Source of the DNA: an uncultured Clostridia bacterium
GTDB lineage: Bacteria; Bacillota; Clostridia; TANB77; CAG-508
DNA: 64,000 bases
NCBI GenBank assembly: GCA_963557965.1
Contig: CAUWEX010000005.1
Coordinates: 1,062 to 65,061 of the forward strand
Reading direction: 5' to 3'
Position numbers and translations under genes: made by a program. Shown here piece by piece: positions 54,970 through 64,000 of this stretch (the stretch's first letter is position 1; each line of letters begins with the position of its first letter). The notes under the pieces were generated by a model. The model was not told the origin of the DNA, did not search any database, and was given only the letters and a program-made list of their open reading frames with translations.

Positions 54970-55527
54970 ATGTTTGAGAACATAATGAATTTTTTAAAAA
55001 ACTGGAATAAAAAGGGAGATAAAGCGGCAGTAAATTCTAAAAATGCTGCAAAAGAAAGATTACACTTAGTATTAATGCAAGACAGAGCAAATGTTTCGGC
55101 AGACTTTTTGGAACTAATGAAGCAAGAAATTATTGAAGTAATAAAAAAATACATCGACGTAGACGAAAGTGCAATAGATGTTCGATTAACTAACAAAGAA
55201 AATGGGGATGGCACAAATGGAGCTCCTGCTTTATATGCCAACATACCTATTGTAAATATAAAAAATGAAACTAGACAAATTGAAGTAAAAGAAAAAAGCG
55301 AAACAAAAAATCAAAATACTGTTCAGGAAAGTAAAAAAGAAGCGAATAATGAAGTTGCTCAAAAAGTAGAACAAGCTGAAGAAATTATAGAAGAAGTAAA
55401 AGGCAACGAGAAAAAGGAAGAGCAAGCTTCTAAAAAGGAAGGAACAGAAAAAAAAGAAATTAAAAAAAGTGAGAAGAAAAAAACAGAAACTAAAGTAAAA
55501 GAAAAAATTAAATCAGAAAAAGAATAG
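54970..55527 (+). CDS. minE: Cell division topological specificity factor MinE with long charged tail
   Basis: SKNAAKERLHLVLMQDR, EIIEVIKKY, ALYANIPI, followed by ~85 E/K-rich residues. Confidence 0.9.
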   Translation: MFENIMNFLKNWNKKGDKAAVNSKNAAKERLHLVLMQDRANVSADFLELMKQEIIEVIKKYIDVDESAIDVRLTNKENGDGTNGAPALYANIPIVNIKNETRQIEVKEKSETKNQNTVQESKKEANNEVAQKVEQAEEIIEEVKGNEKKEEQASKKEGTEKKEIKKSEKKKTETKVKEKIKSEKE

Positions 55528-55543
55528 GAAAAAGAGTGGTTTA

Positions 55544-56650
55544 ATGAGAAAAAGAGAATTAAAAAATATTGAGTGGAGCATTTTGATAATTGTTCTTCTA
55601 TTGAGTGTTATAGGATTAGTCGCATTATTTTCTGCGACTCAAAGTGCAGATCATGACGAGTTTTATAAACAATGTATATGGCTTGCCGTAAGCTTGGTAA
55701 TAATGGTAGGTGTAATGCTAATTGATTATGAAACTTTAATAAAAATATCCCCAATATTATATGGTTTGTTTATAGTATTATTAATAGGAGTATTATTTAC
55801 GCCAGCAATAAATGGGGCTACAAGTTGGTTTGATATAGGTTTCTTTTCATTTCAACCAGGAGAATTTGCAAAGATATTCGTAATTTTATTTTTAGCTATG
55901 GCAATAACAAGAATACAAGAAAGAGGAAAAGCAGAAATTAATAGACCAACAAAATTGTTAATATTATTAGCAATATTGGGAGTTCCGATATTATTAATAG
56001 TTAAGCAGCCAGACTACGGAACAGCAATGGCGTTTATAGTAGCAGCAGCTCTTATGGTAATGGCAGCAGGATTAGATAAAAGATATATCATAGGAACTAT
56101 TATATTAATATGTATTGCATTGCCGCTAATGTATAAATTTGTATTACCTGAACATGCTAAAAATAGAATAGACATATTTTTAAATCCAGAATCAGATCCA
56201 CGTGGTTCGGGTTATAATATTATACAATCAAAACTAGCAATCGGAGCTGGCGGGTTAACAGGAATGGGATTACTTAAAGGAAACCAAACGCAATTAGGCT
56301 TTTTATATCCTAAAACTACAGACTTTATATATGCCGTAATTGGGGAGGAAATGGGATTTGTTGTAGCAGGTGCCATCATTATATTATATGTAGTTCTGAT
56401 AACTAAATGCTTGTATGTTGCAAAAACTGCTAAAGATGAAGCAGGCTCGCTAATAGTTACAGGAATAACGGGAATATTTATTTTTCATATGATAGAAAAT
56501 ACAGGAATGGTAATGGGCTTGTTGCCAATTACTGGGGTACCACTTCCATTTATCAGTTATGGAGGAAGTTCATTAATTACAAACTTTATATGTATAGGAA
56601 TAATTTTAAACATAAGTAGTAAAAGACAAAAAACAATATTTATAAAATAA
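55544..56650 (+). CDS. rodA: SEDS family protein RodA
   Basis: FQPGEFAK, QPDYGT, TDFIYAVIGEE, PITGVPLPFISYGGSS; follows minDE. Confidence 0.9.
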   Translation: MRKRELKNIEWSILIIVLLLSVIGLVALFSATQSADHDEFYKQCIWLAVSLVIMVGVMLIDYETLIKISPILYGLFIVLLIGVLFTPAINGATSWFDIGFFSFQPGEFAKIFVILFLAMAITRIQERGKAEINRPTKLLILLAILGVPILLIVKQPDYGTAMAFIVAAALMVMAAGLDKRYIIGTIILICIALPLMYKFVLPEHAKNRIDIFLNPESDPRGSGYNIIQSKLAIGAGGLTGMGLLKGNQTQLGFLYPKTTDFIYAVIGEEMGFVVAGAIIILYVVLITKCLYVAKTAKDEAGSLIVTGITGIFIFHMIENTGMVMGLLPITGVPLPFISYGGSSLITNFICIGIILNISSKRQKTIFIK

Positions 56651-56654
56651 CACT

Positions 56655-56704
56655 TGGGGACAGTTCTATTTTGCATTGAAACAATCAAAATGAAATTGTT
56701 CCCG
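56655..56704. repeat. REP-like hairpin after the rodA stop
   Basis: GGGGACAGTTCTATTTTG...CAAAATGAAATTGTTCCC. Confidence 0.5.
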
Positions 56705-56734
56705 TATTTTATTATAAGATAATAGAGGTAAAAT

Positions 56735-57706
56735 ATGTATATACACAAATTAAAAATAGGAAACGTAGAATTAGAAAACAACTTAATATTAGCTCCTATG
56801 GCAGGAGTAACAAATTTAGCCTTTAGGACAGTATGCAAAGAATGTGGAGCAGGTATGGTGTGTACAGAGATGGCAAGTGCTAGAGCAATGTTTCATAATG
56901 ATGAAAAGACAAAAAGGTTATTTAATACAGAGGGAGAAGAAAGACCTATTAGTTTTCAGGTTTTTGGAAGTGATGAAGAAAGTCTAGCATATGCTACTAC
57001 ATATATGAACAATTTTGCCGATATAATCGACATAAATATGGGATGTCCAGCACCTAAAGTTGTGAAAAATGGAGACGGAAGTAAATTACTACTAGATTTA
57101 AACAAGGCACAAAGTCTAATAGAAACAGTTGCGAAAAATGCAGAAGTTCCAGTAACAGTAAAATTTAGAAAAGGATGGGATAAAAACAATATAGTAGCAA
57201 CAGAAATTGCACAAATTGCAGAACAAGCAGGAGCTTCAGCAATTACGATACATGGAAGAACACGTAGTGAATTTTATAGTGGAAAAGCAGACTGGGAAAT
57301 TATAAAAAAAGTAAAAGAAAGTGTAAAAATTCCTGTGATTGGAAATGGGGATGTAGTAGACGAAGAGACAGCAAAGCAAATGTTTGAGACAACAGGGGTA
57401 GATGGAATTATGGTAGGAAGAGCTAGTTTTGGAAATCCATGGATATTTAGAAATATTATTCATTTCTTAAAAACAGGAGAGAAATTGGCAGGACCAACAA
57501 TTGATGAAAGGCTTGAAGTTATGAAAAAACATATTGATTTGGCAGTAGAAGAAAAAGGCGAAATTGCAATTAAGGAACTTAGAAAACATATTGCTTGGTA
57601 TACTAAAAATTTAAAAAATTCAAGCGAATTTAGAAATTCAATAAACAAGATAGAAACCAAAGAAGAACTTATGAATAAACTAAATGAATATTTTAGAACT
57701 TTATAG
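56735..57706 (+). CDS. dusB: tRNA-dihydrouridine synthase B
   Basis: LAPMAGVT, DINMGCP, IHGRTR, GNGDV. Confidence 0.95.
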   Translation: MYIHKLKIGNVELENNLILAPMAGVTNLAFRTVCKECGAGMVCTEMASARAMFHNDEKTKRLFNTEGEERPISFQVFGSDEESLAYATTYMNNFADIIDINMGCPAPKVVKNGDGSKLLLDLNKAQSLIETVAKNAEVPVTVKFRKGWDKNNIVATEIAQIAEQAGASAITIHGRTRSEFYSGKADWEIIKKVKESVKIPVIGNGDVVDEETAKQMFETTGVDGIMVGRASFGNPWIFRNIIHFLKTGEKLAGPTIDERLEVMKKHIDLAVEEKGEIAIKELRKHIAWYTKNLKNSSEFRNSINKIETKEELMNKLNEYFRTL

Positions 57707-57755
57707 AATAAAAATGTAGTGAATTATATTAATAATTCACTATTTTTTATGGGAG

Positions 57756-58349
57756 ATGAATAATTTGGACAAAAATAAAAAAAATATCATTGTAAGCACA
57801 ATTATTATTTTTATTGTCATGTTAATAATTTTTTTATTATATATGGCTAAAAAAAATAATTTTGGAAATAATATTACTAGTCAAGAAATGGTAAATAAGA
57901 TTGTTGAGGTGAAATCATACCAAGCAAAAGTAGAAGTAGAAATAATAAGCAATAAAAATACTAATAAATATATAATTATGCAAAAATATGAAGAACCCAA
58001 TTACTTAAAGCAACAAGTTATTGAACCTAATAATATATCAGGAGTAACTATAATAAATAATGATGGAAATGTAATTATAGAAAATACAGAGTTAAATTTG
58101 AAAAATATATATGAAAATTATCAAGGTCTTTTAGGAAATGATTTAGATTTAATCAGCTTTATACAAGAATACAAAAACAATAAAAGTGCAAAATATAGTG
58201 AAAGAGCAAATGAAATAATAATGGAAACGAAAAATAAAAATTTATACATAGACAAAAAAACAGGAAAACCAAGCAAAATGGAAGTTAGATATGCTAACAA
58301 AAATTTAGCTGTTTACATATTATATAGAGAAGTAAATGTAAATAGTTAG
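57756..58349 (+). CDS. GerS/LolA-like membrane-anchored protein
   Basis: N-terminal TM; [19 protein letters not shown]...EP pattern; gerS normally precedes alr-ndoAI-ndoA in Clostridia. Confidence 0.6.
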   Translation: MNNLDKNKKNIIVSTIIIFIVMLIIFLLYMAKKNNFGNNITSQEMVNKIVEVKSYQAKVEVEIISNKNTNKYIIMQKYEEPNYLKQQVIEPNNISGVTIINNDGNVIIENTELNLKNIYENYQGLLGNDLDLISFIQEYKNNKSAKYSERANEIIMETKNKNLYIDKKTGKPSKMEVRYANKNLAVYILYREVNVNS

Positions 58350-58410
58350 AAATCTTTACTTCGCAGAATTAACCATACTTGACAATCTAGTAATATTAGG
58401 AGTGAAGAAC

Positions 58411-58755
58411 ATGCAGATAAAAAGAGGCGATATGTTTTATGCAGATTTAAGTCCGGTAGTTGGTTCAGAACAAGGCGGAATACGCCCAGTTTTAATTATT
58501 CAAAATGACTTAGGAAATAAATATAGTCCAACAGTTATAGCTGCAGCAATAACGTCTCAAACAGGAAAAACTAAATTGCCAACACATATTGCAATTGATT
58601 CAGAAACATGTGGTTTGAAAAATAATTCTATAGTTTTGGCAGAACAGATACGTACAATAGATAAAAGTAGACTAAAAGAAAAGATAGGTCATATTGATGA
58701 TGACAAAATTATTGATCAAGTAAATAATGCGCTTGGTGTTAGTTTTGGACTATAA
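58411..58755 (+). CDS. mazF: MazF/PemK endoribonuclease (NdoA/EndoA type)
   Basis: [46 protein letters not shown]. Confidence 0.95.
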   Translation: MQIKRGDMFYADLSPVVGSEQGGIRPVLIIQNDLGNKYSPTVIAAAITSQTGKTKLPTHIAIDSETCGLKNNSIVLAEQIRTIDKSRLKEKIGHIDDDKIIDQVNNALGVSFGL

Positions 58756-58778
58756 CGGGCTATTTTATAAGAAAATAA

Positions 58779-58814
58779 TAAGCTAGTATGTTTGTAAAAT
58801 ACATACTAGCTTTA
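58779..58814. terminator. Hairpin between convergent genes
   Basis: AAGCTAGTATGT...ACATACTAGCTT. Confidence 0.75.
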
Positions 58815-58818
58815 TAGG

Positions 58819-59745
58819 TTATACTTTTAATTTTTTTAAGATTTTTATTTCGTTATATAAATTATTAATTATTGCCTTTCGCGTTTCAAAAGCTTCCTGA
58901 TATTCTAAATAGCGTTCTTTATAATTTTCAGGAGTTTCATCATTTATTAAAAGTTGCTTCATCCCTTCTAAATAATATGCTTTATTCTTTTCAGTTTTTG
59001 CTTTGTTCATAGCTATTTCATATTTTTCAACTTGAGACAATCTTTTCAATTCTGATTTCAATTCAGATAGATAGCTTTGAGTAAGAAAGATTTCATATTC
59101 AGTATCTTCAATGACAACCTTAATTAACTTTTTTACGATAAGGGGGTTGTTTTTACCTACTTTGTGATTTTTCGATTTAGGATTATCTGGATTTGGATTA
59201 GAATTTTCAATTAAAATTTTTATGGTGTCAGAAATACCAATGTGGGTCTTATATTGGCGTTTGCTACTAATTGCATCATATTCATCTGCAACCCTAATAA
59301 TTTGAGCTTCGTAGGGAATGTCTTTTTTTTCTAAACCTTGAGGGTAGCCACTTCCATCTAATGCTTCATGGTGATAATATGTCCCTGCGGCATAAGGTCT
59401 AAGTTTTAAGTCATTCATACACATCTTATATCCAATTGTTGTATGAGTTTTCATGATAGCAAATTCATCTTCCGTTAATTTTCCAGGCTTTTGTAAAACA
59501 TTAGAAGGTATAAATTGCTTGCCAATATCATGTAAATATGCACAAATGGCACAATATTCTGTAAAACTTTTTGAACAATGTAATTTTTGACATAGTCTAC
59601 AAGTTAAATCACCAACATTTTCTGAATGTTTTCTTGTAAAGACATCCAACTTATCTAACATATTTAATTGATATCTCATACTTTCATCTAAATTATAGGA
59701 CTTTAAACTAGTCCTGTCGTAAAAATCAAAAGTCTGACTGTTCAT
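58819..59745 (-). CDS. HD-GYP domain phosphohydrolase
   Basis: HSENV, LHDIGK, HHEALDGSGYP, VADEYDA, RQYK. Confidence 0.92.
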   Translation of the reverse strand: MNSQTFDFYDRTSLKSYNLDESMRYQLNMLDKLDVFTRKHSENVGDLTCRLCQKLHCSKSFTEYCAICAYLHDIGKQFIPSNVLQKPGKLTEDEFAIMKTHTTIGYKMCMNDLKLRPYAAGTYYHHEALDGSGYPQGLEKKDIPYEAQIIRVADEYDAISSKRQYKTHIGISDTIKILIENSNPNPDNPKSKNHKVGKNNPLIVKKLIKVVIEDTEYEIFLTQSYLSELKSELKRLSQVEKYEIAMNKAKTEKNKAYYLEGMKQLLINDETPENYKERYLEYQEAFETRKAIINNLYNEIKILKKLKV

Positions 59746-59913
59746 AAGTGTTTTGACCTCCTAAAGATAAAAATTTCAACTAAATAATAACATTAAAAAT
59801 CTAAAAATTCAAGGGCTAAAACAAATGAATTAATGAGCAAAAAACATTGATATTTCGCAAAGAGTGTGATATCATATAATGGCTAGAATTAAAGAAGCAA
59901 AAGGAGAAAAAAG

Positions 59914-61650
59914 ATGTATAGAACAAAAACATGTGGAGAATTAAGTATAAAAAATATTAATGAAGAAGTAACCTTAAGTGGATGGATACAAAAGGTAAGA
60001 AACTTAGGTGGAATGATTTTTATTGATTTAAGAGATGAATTTGGAATTACACAAATTGTTGTAAATGATGATAAGTTGGAAGAACAAATTAAAACATATT
60101 CTACAGAAAGTTGTATACAAGTAATTGGAAAAGTTGTAGAAAGAAGTAGCAAAAACAACAAAATTTCAACTGGAGAGATTGAAGTTGTTGCAAGTAAAAT
60201 TGAAATGCTTGGAAAATGTAAAAACATTTTACCATTTGAAATCAATACTGACCAAGAAGTTAGAGAAGACTTAAGATTAGAATATAGATTTTTAGATTTA
60301 AGAAATGAAAAATTACACAATAATATTTTACTTCGTTCAAAAATATTAAAAACATTGAGAGATAAGATGGATGAATTAGGTTTTACAGAAATTCAAACAC
60401 CAATACTTGCTAATTCTTCACCAGAAGGAGCAAGAGATTATCTGGTACCAAGCAGGTTAAATCCAGGAGAATTTTACGCATTACCACAAGCACCACAACA
60501 ATTCAAACAATTGTTAATGCTTTCAGGTTTCAATAAATATTATCAAATAGCTCCATGTTTTAGAGATGAAGATCCAAGAGCAGATAGAGCACCGGGAGAA
60601 TTTTATCAATTAGACTATGAAATGAGCTTTGCGGAGCAAGATGATGTATTAGCAGTAATGGAAGAAGTAATACCATATACATTTAAAAAATTCACAAATT
60701 GGGAAGTAGATGAAGGACCATTTATACGTATTCCATATAGAGAGGCTATGGAAAAATACGGGATAGATAAACCAGACTTAAGAAATCCATTAATAATTCA
60801 AGATGCAACAGAAATATTTAAAAACTCTGATTTTAAAGCATTTGACAATAAAACAATCAAAATAATAGTAGTTCCAGAAGGAAGTAATCAAGGAAGAAAA
60901 TTCTTTGACAAGATGACAGAATTTGCTACTACAGAAGAAGTTGGTGCAAAAGGCCTTGCTTGGACAAAGGTTGAAAATAATGAAGCACAAGGCGGAATAG
61001 CTAAATTTATTTCTGAAGAAATGCTAAGAGAGTTAATGAATAAATATGGAGCAAAAGATAAAGATGCAATATTTTTTATTGCAGATGAATTTAAAAAAGC
61101 TCAAAAAATAGCAGGATTAGTAAGAATAGAACTAGGGAAAAGACTAGAATTAATAGAAAAAAATAAATATAAATTCTGTTTTATAGTAGATTTTCCAATG
61201 TATGAATTATCAGATGAAGGGACTATAGATTTTAACCATAATCCGTTTTCAATGCCACAAGGTGGATTAGAAGCCTTAGAAACAAAAGATCCATTAGATA
61301 TTTTGGCATATCAATTTGACTTAGTATGTAATGGTTATGAAATGGCATCAGGAGCAGTAAGAAACCACAATCCTGAAACAATGGTTAAAGCATTTGAAAT
61401 CGCAGGATATAAAGAAGATGATGTAAAAGAAAGATTTGGAGCATTATATAATGCGTTTCAATATGGAGCACCACCACATGCGGGAGCTGCACCAGGAGTA
61501 GATAGAATGGTAATGTTAATTGCAGATTCTCAAAATATAAGAGAAATAATAGCATTTCCAAAAAATAAAAAAGCAAGAGATTTATTAATGAGGGCTCCTT
61601 CAGCTGTTAGTGAATCTCAATTAAATGATGTACACATAAAATTAAAATAA
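59914..61650 (+). CDS. aspS: Aspartate--tRNA ligase
   Basis: FIDLRD, PEGARDY, LPQAPQQFKQ, CFRDED, GAPPHAG. Confidence 0.97.
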   Translation: MYRTKTCGELSIKNINEEVTLSGWIQKVRNLGGMIFIDLRDEFGITQIVVNDDKLEEQIKTYSTESCIQVIGKVVERSSKNNKISTGEIEVVASKIEMLGKCKNILPFEINTDQEVREDLRLEYRFLDLRNEKLHNNILLRSKILKTLRDKMDELGFTEIQTPILANSSPEGARDYLVPSRLNPGEFYALPQAPQQFKQLLMLSGFNKYYQIAPCFRDEDPRADRAPGEFYQLDYEMSFAEQDDVLAVMEEVIPYTFKKFTNWEVDEGPFIRIPYREAMEKYGIDKPDLRNPLIIQDATEIFKNSDFKAFDNKTIKIIVVPEGSNQGRKFFDKMTEFATTEEVGAKGLAWTKVENNEAQGGIAKFISEEMLRELMNKYGAKDKDAIFFIADEFKKAQKIAGLVRIELGKRLELIEKNKYKFCFIVDFPMYELSDEGTIDFNHNPFSMPQGGLEALETKDPLDILAYQFDLVCNGYEMASGAVRNHNPETMVKAFEIAGYKEDDVKERFGALYNAFQYGAPPHAGAAPGVDRMVMLIADSQNIREIIAFPKNKKARDLLMRAPSAVSESQLNDVHIKLK

Positions 61651-61768
61651 AAGGTAAAAGCTTTATAGCTTAGGGGATTATTTTACAAGAAAATACTTGT
61701 ATTCATACTCTAATTATGATATAAATATACTATAAAAATAAAGCTACCAAAAGAAAGGCGGAATTTTT

Positions 61769-62506
61769 GTGGAACAAGAATTAGAAAATGATGCAAAAAC
61801 TATCTTAATTGTTGATGATGAGCAACCAATTTTAGATATTTTAGTATATAATTTACAAAAGGAAGGATATAAAACAATCGAAGCAAGTGATGGTATAACT
61901 GCTGTTGAATTAGCAACAGAAAAAAGACCTGACTTAATATTATTAGATATAATGCTTCCGAGACTAGATGGATTGTCAGTATGTAAAAGAATAAAAAATT
62001 CTTTTAATGTACCAATTATCATGCTAACAGCAAAAGACGGAGAGATTGATAAAATTTTAGGTCTTGAATTAGGTGCTGATGATTATATTACTAAGCCATT
62101 TAGTGTAAGAGAGTTAGTTGCTAGAGTAAAAGCTAATTTAAGAAAAGTTGAAGTTGTATCTAGTAATATGACAAACGTATTAAAAGAGGACAAAAAAAAG
62201 GATAGTAAAATAATAGTTGGAGATTTAGAACTTGATTTGGATAAATTCGAGGTTAAAGTTAGAGGTGAAATAATTGATTTAACTTTAAGAGAATTTGAAG
62301 TGTTAAAATTCTTAGCATTGCAACCAGAACAAGTTATAACTAGAGAGACACTTTTAGAAAAAGTGTGGGGATATGAATATTATGGAGATATAAGAACTGT
62401 AGATGTAACTGTAAGAAGAATAAGAGAAAAAATAGAACAAGATACTTCAACACCTAAAATTTTAATAACCAAAAGAGGAGTAGGGTATTATATTGCTTCA
62501 AAATAA
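61769..62506 (+). CDS. OmpR/PhoB-family response regulator (WalR/YycF-like)
   Basis: ILIVDDE, LLDIMLP, GADDYITKPF, VWGYEYYGDIRTVDVTVRRIREKIE. Confidence 0.92.
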   Translation: MEQELENDAKTILIVDDEQPILDILVYNLQKEGYKTIEASDGITAVELATEKRPDLILLDIMLPRLDGLSVCKRIKNSFNVPIIMLTAKDGEIDKILGLELGADDYITKPFSVRELVARVKANLRKVEVVSSNMTNVLKEDKKKDSKIIVGDLELDLDKFEVKVRGEIIDLTLREFEVLKFLALQPEQVITRETLLEKVWGYEYYGDIRTVDVTVRRIREKIEQDTSTPKILITKRGVGYYIASK

Positions 62507-62596
62507 TATGAATTTGCAATAAATAAAGATGTCGCAATGGAATAAAATCTATTTGCGGCATTTTATCATATAAAATATATAAGGAATGATATAAAT

Positions 62597-63655
62597 ATGA
62601 AAAGAATAAATACTAGAAAAATAATGGTAAGAGATGTACAAATTGGAGGACAAGATAAAGTAGTAATACAATCGATGTGTAATACAAAAACAAAAAATAT
62701 AAAAGAAACAGTTAGACAAATTTTAGAATTAGAAAAAGCAGGATGTGAAATTATAAGAGTAGCATGTCTTGATTTAGAAGATGCAAAAGCAATTAAAGAA
62801 ATAAAGAAAAGTATACATATTCCAATTGTAGCAGATATACATTTTGATTATAGAATTGCATTGCAAGCAATAGAATCTGGAGTAGATAAAGTACGTATAA
62901 ATCCAGGAAACATAGGTACTAAAGATAGAGTAAAAGCCGTAGTTGACAAATGCAAAGAAAAACAGATTCCAATTAGAATTGGAGTAAACGCAGGGTCATT
63001 AGAAAAAGATTTGTTAGAAAAATATGGTAAACCTACAGCTAAAGCAATGATAGAAAGTGCAAAAAGACATATAGATATTTTAGAAGAATTAGATTTTAAA
63101 GATTATTTGTTATCACTTAAAGCAAGTAACTTGGATTTGTGTATAGAAGCTTATGAAGAAGCGGCTAAGACATTTGATTGTCCATTACATTTGGGAATAA
63201 CAGAAAGCGGAACGGAATTTAGTGGAACAATAAAATCAAGTATAGGATTGGGGTACATGTTAAGGAATGGAATAGGAGATACATTAAGAGTATCGCTATC
63301 AGATGATCCTATAAAAGAAATAAAAGTAGCCAAAGAAATTTTAAAAGATTGTAATTTATATAAAAACGTACCAACATTAGTAGCATGCCCAACTTGTGGA
63401 CGAACTCAGATAGATTTAATACCAATTGCAAAAGAGGTAGAGAAGTTTTTAGAAAATATAAATTCTGATATTACTGTTGCAGTTATGGGATGTGCAGTTA
63501 ATGGACCAGGTGAGGCAAGAGAAGCAGACATAGGAATTGCAGGAGGAATAAAAGAAGGTCTATTATTTAAAAAAGGAGAAATAATTAAAAAAATACCACA
63601 AAATGAAATTGTAGAGGAATTAAAAAAAGAGATTATAAAAATGGTGGAGGAATAA
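62597..63655 (+). CDS. ispG: HMBPP synthase
   Basis: [34 protein letters not shown]. Confidence 0.97.
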   Translation: MKRINTRKIMVRDVQIGGQDKVVIQSMCNTKTKNIKETVRQILELEKAGCEIIRVACLDLEDAKAIKEIKKSIHIPIVADIHFDYRIALQAIESGVDKVRINPGNIGTKDRVKAVVDKCKEKQIPIRIGVNAGSLEKDLLEKYGKPTAKAMIESAKRHIDILEELDFKDYLLSLKASNLDLCIEAYEEAAKTFDCPLHLGITESGTEFSGTIKSSIGLGYMLRNGIGDTLRVSLSDDPIKEIKVAKEILKDCNLYKNVPTLVACPTCGRTQIDLIPIAKEVEKFLENINSDITVAVMGCAVNGPGEAREADIGIAGGIKEGLLFKKGEIIKKIPQNEIVEELKKEIIKMVEE

Positions 63656-64000
63656 TGGAAATTATATTAGGTAAAACTGCAGGTTTTTGTTATGGAGTAA
63701 GAAATGCGGTAGAAGGAGCACGTAAAGAATTACAAAACGCAAAAGAAAATTTATATTGTTTAGGAGAAATTGTACACAATAAGCAAGTAGTTGAAGACTT
63801 GAAACAAAGAGGATTAGTTGTAATAAATAATATTGAAGAGGCACATGATAAAGTTATTATACGAGCACATGGAGTTGCAAAAAAGATATATGAAACAGCT
63901 AAGCAAAATAATATAGAAATTAAAGACTTTACATGCCCAAATGTTCTAAAAATTCATAAAATAGCTGAGGAATATCAAAAACAAGGTTATTATATAATGC
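63655..64000 (+). CDS. ispH: HMBPP reductase (3'-truncated by window edge)
   Basis: [15 protein letters not shown]...GEIVHN...IRAHGV...DFTCPNV; the start overlaps the ispG stop (TAATG). Confidence 0.93.
   Translation, partial: MEIILGKTAGFCYGVRNAVEGARKELQNAKENLYCLGEIVHNKQVVEDLKQRGLVVINNIEEAHDKVIIRAHGVAKKIYETAKQNNIEIKDFTCPNVLKIHKIAEEYQKQGYYIM

Noticed and set aside
59746-59913. Possible T-box before aspS
   Set aside because: No AAGGTGGNACC motif, and the leader is too short.
2695-63844. Many short minus-strand ORFs overlapping core genes
   Set aside because: They are antisense shadows of A-rich coding sequence, with S/F/I/L-rich translations, no RBS and no motifs.

Overview
Core-chromosome segment of a very AT-rich (by eye about 28-32% GC) endospore-forming Clostridia bacterium, with almost all genes on the + strand. 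It holds partial rpoB, rpoC, gdpP, rplI, dnaB, tilS, ftsH, rpsU, an M16 peptidase pair, a Spo0E-like phosphatase, aspartokinase-dapA-dapB/asd, a SWIM-SNF2 helicase, trmFO, rpsL-rpsG-fusA-tuf, plsX, acpP, a D,D-carboxypeptidase, a thioester-domain surface adhesin, spo0A, a spoIVF-like pair, minD-minE-rodA, dusB, an orphan mazF, an HD-GYP protein, aspS, an orphan OmpR-type regulator, ispG and partial ispH. The E5-less pilin-like proteins suggest, by inference only, an uncultured gut lineage such as TANB77. I saw no tRNA, rRNA or CRISPR array. Structure not captured by the ORF track: (1) two GC-elevated orphan genes, each a self-contained cassette with the same promoter architecture, a 5' hairpin and a terminator; (2) a mini-island behind spo0A containing a tyrosine-integrase C-terminal remnant and an apparently complete type I toxin-antitoxin module (34-aa hydrophobic peptide plus convergent antisense promoter); (3) a dispersed family of REP/MITE-like inverted repeats sitting right after stop codons, including a 256-bp nested element at ftsH; (4) an AAA-ATPase/RloB-like insertion splitting gdpP from rplI, whose partner gene looks truncated.
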